Source: an uncultured archaeon (GTDB lineage: Archaea; Asgardarchaeota; Lokiarchaeia; Sigyniarchaeales; SOKP01). From it: 12,945 nt of DNA. The stretch is taken from positions 1 to 12,945 of the forward strand of contig CAZBPC010000092.1 in the NCBI GenBank assembly GCA_964493715.1, given 5' to 3'. The position numbers were made by a program, and so were the translations under genes. Below, in pieces: positions 6,139 through 12,945 of the stretch. The notes below the pieces were generated by a model. The model did no database searches and was not told the DNA's origin. It saw only the letters and a program-made list of their open reading frames with translations. The first letter of the stretch is position 1; the number at the start of each line of letters is the position of its first letter.

Positions 6139-8649
6139 TTAATTTAGGTACTTCCCTGTGATTGATTTTACATCGCTAATTATTTCTTGAGGTGTACCCA
6201 TAGCAATGATGAATCCACCTTTTGGACCTCCCTCTGGTCCCATTTCTATGATATAATCGCAAAATGAGAGAATTTCTGGATCATGTTCGATAATTAAAAT
6301 GCTATTACCGTCTTGTTTTAATCGTTCGAGTAATTCGATTAATTTAATTGCATCGTAGAAAGATAAACCAACAGTAGGTTCATCTAAAATGTATAGAGTA
6401 TTACCTTTTCGAATTTTTCCAAGTTCTTTTGCTAATTTTATCCTCTGAGCTTCACCTCCGCTCAAAGTTGGTGCGGGTTGCCCAAGCGTAATATATCCCA
6501 TCCCAATCTCATCTAAAATTTTAAGTACACTTGAGATGTTATCTTGTGATTTGAATAATTCTAAAGCTTCACTAACTGTCATATTGAGTATTTCCGATAT
6601 GTTTTTGCCTTTATACTTTATCTCAAGGATTTCTGATTGATATCGCATTCCTTTGCATTCTCTACATGGAATAGTAAAACTTGTAAGAAAAGATATCTGT
6701 AGATCCTGTACGCCTTGTCCCTTGCAAGCTATACAACGGCCTTTATCAGAATTATAAGAAAAATGTCCGGGAGTATATTTTCGCTTATTCGCTTCGGAAG
6801 TCTTGGAAAATAATTCCCTTATCTTATCCCATATTCCTATAAATGAACTCGGCGTGGACGTTCGGACTCGTGAGATAGGTTTTTGGTTAACAACCACTAC
6901 TTCATCTAAGTTTTCCCATCCCTCAATCGCTCCTGAATATTCTTCGAAATCATTTTCTCCTTCTTCTTCCTCTCCATTTTCTCCATTTCTATTTTTAGGT
7001 TTAAGGTTTTTTTCTCTACGCTTAAAATAAGGCTTGAGTAAGGGTACTAATGTATCAGAAATCAGAGAACTTTTGCCAGAACCTGAAACCCCTGCGATAC
7101 CTACCATCATTCCAAGAGGGATTTTTACTGTTAAATTCTTAAGATTATTTGTAGAAGCATTTCGAAGGATTAGAAATGGTGTTTCTTTACAAATTTGCTT
7201 TATCATTCCATCTGTTTTCTCTGGTAAGGAAAGATCCCCATTCAGATACTGCCCGGTATATGAATTCTTCACTTTTTTTATATCGCTTAATGATCCTTGG
7301 TAGACTATCTTTCCACCATAAATACCTGCTTTAGGACCAACATCAATAATTTCATCAGCAATCTCAATGAAACGCTTATCATGTTCCACAATAATGACGG
7401 TATTACCCAATTCCTTTAGTTGTTGTAAGATCTTAATTAAAGAATCCTTTTCACGTTCATGCAAACTCATGCTTGGTTCATCTAAAATATATATTAAAGA
7501 ATCTAACCCTGCATCTAAATGGGTCATTAATGTCAACCTTTGCAATTCTCCACCACTCAACGTGGGTAATGAACGATGTAGATGTAAATAAGACAAGCCA
7601 ATATTAATCATTCGGTTAATTCCCTTCTTAACATTCTCTAATATTGCTTTTCCTTGAGGACTTTTGATCTCCACATCTGTAACATTATCGAAATAATCAA
7701 TCAATTCATCAATTGTCATCATTGCTAGCTCTCCTATGTGTTTCCCTGCAATTTTAATTTCTCTTGCTCCTTCATTTATCCTATAACCTTGACATTCTTC
7801 GCATTTTTTCATCGCCATATAATCGTTGGCGATTTTTGTTCTTCGATACGCGCTTTTACTTTCGGTCATTGCTCGTTCTAAATGAGGAATTATTCCTTCA
7901 AATTTACGTTCCAATTCTCCTTGAAAGATTTTAGATTCCCACTGAAACTTAAATTTTTTACCTTCACTCCCATATAGATATATCTTTTTAATTTCATCGG
8001 GTAATTCTTTATATGGAGTATTTATGTCAAAATCGAAGAATCTTGGCAATTGTTCCACAAAACGTATTTGATCTGCGAAGCATCCTGAACCTGCTCTTGT
8101 AATTTGTAATAAATTAAGGTTATAATCTTTTACAATCATTTCATCGGTGAAATGCATTGAGTAACCCCGCCCTTTGCACGCCAAACACATTCCAGATGGT
8201 TCATTGAAAGAAAAATGTTTAATTTGCTTGTGTTCTACCACCATTCCGCAAGTTTCACACTCTAATGTAATTTGGTTTACAGCTTCCTTACAAATTGGGC
8301 AAATAAGTATACCTTCCGTTGCATATAACATTCGAATTAACCCATATATCCCCGTTTTAGTACCTACAGTGGAACGGGGATTAAAAACTCGTGTTGTTCT
8401 CTGTTCTACGGCAACTGTGGGGCTCAGACCTTCAATAAGATCAAATGGTTTTTCTTCATCAAATTTAGGTGGAAAACCTATTGATTGCAGATATCGATTC
8501 ATTCCTTCATCAAATATGATATCAAAAGCTAAACTTGATTTACCTGAACCAGATACACCCGTAATTAAGATCATTTTCTTTTTAGGTATTTCTACATTTA
8601 AATTCTTTAAATTATGCAATCTTGCTCCTATTATCTTTATCTTATTCAT
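6139..8649 (-). CDS. uvrA: UvrA-like ABC ATPase, class II (UvrA2/DrrC-like, no UvrB-binding domain)
   Basis: Two ABC modules: GARLHNLKN/GVSGSGKSS/LSGGELQR/ILDEPS/VEHD and ASTNNLKN/GVSGSGKSS/LSGGEAQR/ILDEPT/IEHD. It has CxxC zinc pairs. The protein is only 836 aa, with CPIC and CETC just 10 aa apart. Confidence 0.9.
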   Translation of the reverse strand: MNKIKIIGARLHNLKNLNVEIPKKKMILITGVSGSGKSSLAFDIIFDEGMNRYLQSIGFPPKFDEEKPFDLIEGLSPTVAVEQRTTRVFNPRSTVGTKTGIYGLIRMLYATEGILICPICKEAVNQITLECETCGMVVEHKQIKHFSFNEPSGMCLACKGRGYSMHFTDEMIVKDYNLNLLQITRAGSGCFADQIRFVEQLPRFFDFDINTPYKELPDEIKKIYLYGSEGKKFKFQWESKIFQGELERKFEGIIPHLERAMTESKSAYRRTKIANDYMAMKKCEECQGYRINEGAREIKIAGKHIGELAMMTIDELIDYFDNVTDVEIKSPQGKAILENVKKGINRMINIGLSYLHLHRSLPTLSGGELQRLTLMTHLDAGLDSLIYILDEPSMSLHEREKDSLIKILQQLKELGNTVIIVEHDKRFIEIADEIIDVGPKAGIYGGKIVYQGSLSDIKKVKNSYTGQYLNGDLSLPEKTDGMIKQICKETPFLILRNASTNNLKNLTVKIPLGMMVGIAGVSGSGKSSLISDTLVPLLKPYFKRREKNLKPKNRNGENGEEEEGENDFEEYSGAIEGWENLDEVVVVNQKPISRVRTSTPSSFIGIWDKIRELFSKTSEANKRKYTPGHFSYNSDKGRCIACKGQGVQDLQISFLTSFTIPCRECKGMRYQSEILEIKYKGKNISEILNMTVSEALELFKSQDNISSVLKILDEIGMGYITLGQPAPTLSGGEAQRIKLAKELGKIRKGNTLYILDEPTVGLSFYDAIKLIELLERLKQDGNSILIIEHDPEILSFCDYIIEMGPEGGPKGGFIIAMGTPQEIISDVKSITGKYLN

Positions 8650-8684
8650 GAATTTACCGCTTTTTTATTTTAATTAATAATAGA

Positions 8685-9026
8685 TTACATCCAAGAGGCA
8701 ATTTTTGGAATAACCGCGAGAATATCAACGAGGTTTTCATAATCTATGCATTCAACCTTGTTGTCTATTTCATCCAGACTGAATCCTCTAGCTAATATAT
8801 CAGGTTTCATCCCATATACTTTAATTGACAAATTAAGTAATTTTTTCATGGTTTTTGGCATTATTCCTTTCCTTGAGAGCCCAATTACTCCATCATGGAT
8901 TAAAATCACTGCAATTTTCCCATCTAGCTTTAATTGTTCCTCTAATAATGAGATGAAATTTTCCATTCGATCCGAATTTCTCGGAGTAAATCCATACAAA
9001 TATACCAATTCAGTATTACTTACCAT
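8685..9026 (-). CDS. dsrH: DsrH/TusB-like sulfur relay subunit
   Basis: ILIHDGV, VYGMKPDILARG, IDYENLVDI and a near-terminal W match the TusB/DsrH pattern. It is the third gene of an E-F-H triplet, with SD-like GAGGGTG upstream. Confidence 0.78.
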   Translation of the reverse strand: MVSNTELVYLYGFTPRNSDRMENFISLLEEQLKLDGKIAVILIHDGVIGLSRKGIMPKTMKKLLNLSIKVYGMKPDILARGFSLDEIDNKVECIDYENLVDILAVIPKIASWM

Positions 9027-9035
9027 CTTACACCC

Positions 9036-9404
9036 TCAAAATTTATATGTAACATCAGCATGCAAAATATAAGCTGAAATTTCCTTTAATGTAGCTACGT
9101 GTATATTTCCAAAATCCAACAAATCTTTATCATTAATACCTGCAGTCTTGAGCGCTGAATCTAATGCATAAATTTCAATTTCCGATAATTCTAACATGTG
9201 GAAAATGTTATCCAAGCTATCCATATTTATACTTTCTGGATTAAATGATTTATTTAATAAATACACAGAATCTCCCATAAAAACGATTTTACATTCATCT
9301 AAATCACCTAAAACCATAATACCTGCACCCATCCGTATAGCTTCAATAGCAGAGTTTTTTCCGATGGGCGAATCCTCACATACAATTACCACCGTTTTAA
9401 TCAT
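9036..9404 (-). CDS. dsrF: DsrF/TusC-like sulfur relay subunit
   Basis: SPIG..SAIEAIR, VFMGDSVYLL, IYALDSAL...GI and ADVTYKF. ATG 9404 has GGAGG 8 nt upstream and is preferred over 9425. Confidence 0.78.
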   Translation of the reverse strand: MIKTVVIVCEDSPIGKNSAIEAIRMGAGIMVLGDLDECKIVFMGDSVYLLNKSFNPESINMDSLDNIFHMLELSEIEIYALDSALKTAGINDKDLLDFGNIHVATLKEISAYILHADVTYKF

Positions 9405-9408
9405 ATTA

Positions 9409-9789
9409 TTATCCTCCGGGTCCAAAAAAGATTAACCTATCTGATTGAGCCATCCACTCTGATAACCCTCCAAGTCCTACTTGACACGCTCCAGGGATAA
9501 ATTCTTCATTTTTCAAACCCGTAAAATTAATCCACGTACTGCAAGCAGAAAGACCGATTGTATGAACATTGATAAATTCCTCCAATCGTTTTGGAAGATT
9601 TCTCATTGAAGAACCTACATTAATTTCTTTATTAATATTATACACTCCACTTCCATAGAAGAATATTCCCAAGATTTGATGTCCTTTCTTAATAATAGCT
9701 TCTCCTAAATTAAGTAAAGTATCAACAGCTTCAAATTTATAAGGCTCAACACATACCACAAAAGTGAATACAACCATAATTTTTTTCAT
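9409..9789 (-). CDS. dsrE: DsrE/TusD-like sulfurtransferase subunit
   Basis: EPY, KGHQILGIFFYGSGVYN, Cys at the persulfide-carrier position (SACSTW) and GLGGLSEWMAQSDRLIFF. ATG 9777 is an alternative start. Confidence 0.82.
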   Translation of the reverse strand: MKKIMVVFTFVVCVEPYKFEAVDTLLNLGEAIIKKGHQILGIFFYGSGVYNINKEINVGSSMRNLPKRLEEFINVHTIGLSACSTWINFTGLKNEEFIPGACQVGLGGLSEWMAQSDRLIFFGPGG

Positions 9790-9858
9790 ATCTCCATTTT
9801 AATTTGATACTTAATATATCTCTATTGAAAATTTGTTTTAATTTTATTTCATTATAAT

Positions 9859-10530
9859 TTAAAGTGTGTTTCTTTTTTTCTGTAATATATAATGAGCACA
9901 ATCACTATCACTAAGATTGGCTTTTACCCATTTAATTTCAGCTTCAATAGCACTAAAATTTTCGAAAGGGTTGGACTCTTCTTTTTCTTCACGGATCTTT
10001 ATGAGTTTTTTTTCCAATGGTTCATAATAATCTGTCCACCAGCAACCCTCGGCCCAATTTAATTGTTTTATAAGTTTGAAACCGCACTTGGTTATCAAAT
10101 TTTGATTTTTATCCATAGATTTAATCGCTCGTCCAAGTACAAAATAACCACCTACTTTAAGGATGCGATGGCATGTTTCGAAGCTTTTCTTATAACCAAT
10201 AATGTGTACTACACCTTCCTCCCAGATGAGATCAAAATAATTATTAGGAAATTCATTTTTTAATAGATCCAATCTAATAGTTGTGATTCGATCAGTAAGT
10301 TTTTTTGCCTTTATTTTTATATTTAATTGATCCGGTAATGCTTGGTCAATATCTATAGCAACAATTTTGCCATTCGTCAATTTTGCAAGTTCGATAGTAA
10401 GAAGACCAGAACCACAACCTAAATCAAGTAACCTTGGTTTGTCCATCTTTCGAAGTAGTTTAAATGCCTCTCTCGTGTATTTAAGAAAATTTTTTCTTAA
10501 TTGTTGAGTATATAATTCTTTATATGATAT
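9859..10530 (-). CDS. Class I SAM-dependent methyltransferase, probable ATA start (about 223 aa)
   Basis: LLDLGCGSG, VAIDID, FDLIWEEG and LKVGGYFVL. The frame is open upstream of ATG 10446 (ISYKELYTQQLRKNFLKYTREAFKLLRK-MDKPR) as far as the TAG at 10540-10542, with no ATG/GTG/TTG in the extension. The start position is uncertain. Confidence 0.82.
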   Translation of the reverse strand: MSYKELYTQQLRKNFLKYTREAFKLLRKMDKPRLLDLGCGSGLLTIELAKLTNGKIVAIDIDQALPDQLNIKIKAKKLTDRITTIRLDLLKNEFPNNYFDLIWEEGVVHIIGYKKSFETCHRILKVGGYFVLGRAIKSMDKNQNLITKCGFKLIKQLNWAEGCWWTDYYEPLEKKLIKIREEKEESNPFENFSAIEAEIKWVKANLSDSDCAHYILQKKRNTL

Positions 10531-10539
10531 GATTTCTAC

Positions 10540-10971
10540 CTAGCAGCTATTATTTGGGTTTATTTTATTTCCACAATCAAAACATTCAGCATCGTGGACG
10601 CAAATTTCTCCACTACATTCCGGGCATTTATAAAGCATTTCTTTTTCTATAATCCATTTTTCAAATCCAATTTCTTGAAGTCTTTTCAAATTCTGAACGG
10701 GACTCACATTATATCTTTTACGGTAATGATCATCAAGTTTTTTTAGTTTTAGACAAGGAAAATTTCCGCATTCATAACAGAATTCGATTTTATTTTTTCT
10801 TAGTAATTCACATTCTTTTCTTATAAACACGCAATTTTTATTTCGAATCCTACAACCTTTGCATCCTTGCTTATACCCCCTTTCTTCCAAGAGAACTTTT
10901 TTCAATAACAAGTATGATTTACAAGCCCCACAATATATTCCGCATGGAGCTACTAAATTCTTTTCAAGCAT
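10540..10971 (-). CDS. DUF3795 family Cys-rich metal-binding protein with C-terminal zinc ribbon
   Basis: APCGIYCGAC, CKGCR, C..IRKEC, FCYECGNFPC, NLKRLQEIG and CPECSGEICVH...CFDCG. Confidence 0.82.
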   Translation of the reverse strand: MLEKNLVAPCGIYCGACKSYLLLKKVLLEERGYKQGCKGCRIRNKNCVFIRKECELLRKNKIEFCYECGNFPCLKLKKLDDHYRKRYNVSPVQNLKRLQEIGFEKWIIEKEMLYKCPECSGEICVHDAECFDCGNKINPNNSC

Positions 10972-11005
10972 TATTTATTCTCTCTATTCTTATGTATATT
11001 TTATT

Positions 11006-12013
11006 TTAATTATAAAATTCTTTAAGTACTTTTAAAGCTTTTAAGGTTAACCATTTGCTTTCTTTTCCCTTTTGCTCAATATTTGCTTGCATTCGTCCAT
11101 TAAAAGTATTTTCTAATATCCATCGACCGTTCTTGTTTTGTTTTGATATCATTAGATCAATAGCATCTTGCATTCTAGTATCTTTATAACCTAAAATCGT
11201 TAACAATTCTAAAATCTCCAATGCATCAGTTTTCCACATTAGCGGAAAACCAAATTGTGTCCATTCTTGCTTAGCTATCTCATTTAAATTATGACTTTGT
11301 TTATAAATTTGATGAATGAGTAAGAATTCTACTGCTTTTTTAATGAGATTTCTTACTTCTTCTGATCTCATTTTATAGGGAATTTCTGATAATGCTTTTA
11401 AATTTTTTACAACACCCATATAACAAGTATGATTTCCCCAACAATTTTTATGTCGTTCATATGGCCAACCTTTGGGAGCTATTTCTATTCCATCGTCAAA
11501 TCGTTGATATTTTAAAATCCATTCAATTCCATGTTGTACTCTTGAATCACTCATTAAACCAAATTTAATTAATGCCCAGATCATGTTGCCAGTTAAACAT
11601 GGGCTAACCTGATTATGAAAACCACCATAATTATCATTACCATGAGAAGAAAATCCTCCACTTTCTCGATCCTGTGAATTTTTAAGAATGAATTCACAAG
11701 TTTGCTTAATTTGATCATTTTTCCCATCAGCATTAAGTTCTGCTAATAGTATGAAACTCCAAACTGTTCCTTTATATTTGGTATTTATATAAAAATTCTC
11801 CTGGTTTATCCAATATCCTCCCTCTTTTTGTTTATTAAGAATCTTGGGAACTGGTCCCTCCTTCATAATTTTTTCTTTTTCTTCTTTAACTTCATTTTTA
11901 CTCTCATTTTGGTCCATTATATCTAATAGAGTGAAATATCGAACTGATGGATTGTTTTCTTCTAATAACCATTCAGTTGGATCAGCATTCAAATAGGTTT
12001 TCCATTTGCTCAA
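11006..12013 (-). CDS. Prenyltransferase/squalene-cyclase-like alpha/alpha barrel protein of unknown function
   Basis: QW-like repeats KQKEGGYW, SQDRESGGF, YQRFDDG and KQNKNGRW, plus WLLEENNPSVRY and EQKGKESKWLT. TTG 12013 has GGTG 9 nt upstream. TTG 12028 and GTG 12025 are alternative starts. Confidence 0.75.
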   Translation of the reverse strand: MSKWKTYLNADPTEWLLEENNPSVRYFTLLDIMDQNESKNEVKEEKEKIMKEGPVPKILNKQKEGGYWINQENFYINTKYKGTVWSFILLAELNADGKNDQIKQTCEFILKNSQDRESGGFSSHGNDNYGGFHNQVSPCLTGNMIWALIKFGLMSDSRVQHGIEWILKYQRFDDGIEIAPKGWPYERHKNCWGNHTCYMGVVKNLKALSEIPYKMRSEEVRNLIKKAVEFLLIHQIYKQSHNLNEIAKQEWTQFGFPLMWKTDALEILELLTILGYKDTRMQDAIDLMISKQNKNGRWILENTFNGRMQANIEQKGKESKWLTLKALKVLKEFYN

Positions 12014-12031
12014 TTTTTCTAACACCAAAAA

Positions 12032-12945
12032 CTAATTTTTTATTTTTGCTAAATTTTTAAAAAATTTTTCTTCCAATAAAAGAATCTTTAATACTAAGTT
12101 TTGCAAATTGTTGAGGTCAACATGATTTAAACATTCTGCTTTATATTCTTCAGCAGAATGCTTTAATATTTCAGCAAATTTAGTCCAAATTTTAGCAGAA
12201 TCACTAATTATGGGTAAATTTTCCTCAATGATCTTGAATTCTATATTATTCCAAGCCTTTAAACCCTCTCTAAGCTCTTTATGATTTAATAATTCTTTAA
12301 GAAATTGTATATATATATTACGAAATAATGCGCCTCCAGTGCCCCAAGTTTCAATGTATCCATATAATAGCTCGAACATTAATCTTGCTCGTGAAATTTT
12401 ATTTCCTTTAGGATCCTTTGATTCACCTTGCAATTTAGCTTTCCAATCTGGGATTGATCTTGCCAATAGTTTAATCCCTTGGATTCCACTATTATTTATT
12501 GAAGGTCGCAACATATTGTCAACTACTTTTTTAATTGCGACTTTTACTCCAGCTGCGAGTGGTGGATGCTTACCATCAACTCTTCTTATCATAGAAAATT
12601 GTGTGTTGCTTGGATGCATATATTTTGGACCATGCCCAGAACTTCTTGCATTTATTAATTTTTCGATGGGGATATCTTGGAATCCTTCATATTCTGTATC
12701 ACCCACATAAGCGATTCCCTTCTCTTCATCGTAACCCGCTAATGTAATTGCATGTCCTCCAAAATGAATATCGCCCTCATCTTCAAAATATGGTAAAAAT
12801 CCCAAATCAACCTTTAAGATTAAAGGGATATCTTGATCTAACATCTTTTTTGATTCAGACCATGCTTTATCAGCACTTGTAAACGATTGTTTTCTTAAAT
12901 TTATACCTAATAACCGACAAGCTAAAGAATCGGGTTCAATAGTTC
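12032..12945 (-). CDS. BtrH N-terminal / DUF4872 family protein (papain/C39-like fold), 5' end outside the window
   Basis: The frame is open to the window edge (TIEPDSLACRLLGINLRKQSFTSADKAWSESKKMLDQDIPLILKVD). Motifs include VDLGFLPYF, HFGGHAITLAGYD..AYVGDT and GTGGALFR. Confidence 0.78.
   Translation of the reverse strand, partial: TIEPDSLACRLLGINLRKQSFTSADKAWSESKKMLDQDIPLILKVDLGFLPYFEDEGDIHFGGHAITLAGYDEEKGIAYVGDTEYEGFQDIPIEKLINARSSGHGPKYMHPSNTQFSMIRRVDGKHPPLAAGVKVAIKKVVDNMLRPSINNSGIQGIKLLARSIPDWKAKLQGESKDPKGNKISRARLMFELLYGYIETWGTGGALFRNIYIQFLKELLNHKELREGLKAWNNIEFKIIEENLPIISDSAKIWTKFAEILKHSAEEYKAECLNHVDLNNLQNLVLKILLLEEKFFKNLAKIKN

Noticed and set aside
8685-9789. Evidence for dissimilatory sulfur oxidation or reduction
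   Set aside because: dsrEFH-like genes alone are not diagnostic, and no dsrAB, dsrC or dsrMKJOP is present in the window.
11006-12028. NifH or true squalene-hopene cyclase annotation
   Set aside because: There is no P-loop GKGGIGKS or NifH Cys pattern, no DXDD catalytic motif, and it is only about half the length of a cyclase.
6803-12710. Plus-strand ORFs 6803-7030, 7034-7303, 7367-7591, 8174-8677, 8746-9072, 9196-9435, 10063-10263 and 12339-12710
   Set aside because: All are antisense to strong minus-strand genes and lack recognisable motifs.

Overview
AT-rich archaeal window. The PAN gene, AGGTG/GGAGG-type ribosome-binding sites, oligo-T terminators and overall gene content suggest an Asgard/Lokiarchaeia-like genome, but this is inference. 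The + strand carries the 3' part of a large, C-terminally anchored, repeat-built glycoprotein and a UPF0316 (DUF2179/DUF5698) membrane protein. The - strand carries two gene runs. Run 1 is BtrH_N/DUF4872 protein (cut by the window edge) > QW-repeat alpha/alpha-barrel protein > DUF3795 Cys-rich protein > SAM methyltransferase > dsrE-dsrF-dsrH-like sulfur relay > UvrA-like ATPase lacking the UvrB-binding domain. Run 2 is a SAM-methyltransferase/Ddl-like ATP-grasp fusion lying 28 bp upstream of a proteasome-activating nucleotidase (PAN). Manual translation shows that PAN and the small methyltransferase both have protein-like N-terminal extensions with no in-frame ATG/GTG/TTG, and both appear to start at an ATA codon behind an SD-like motif. 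Both TAG stop codons among the real genes are followed in frame by the next gene. No RNA genes, CRISPR arrays or mobile elements were recognised.
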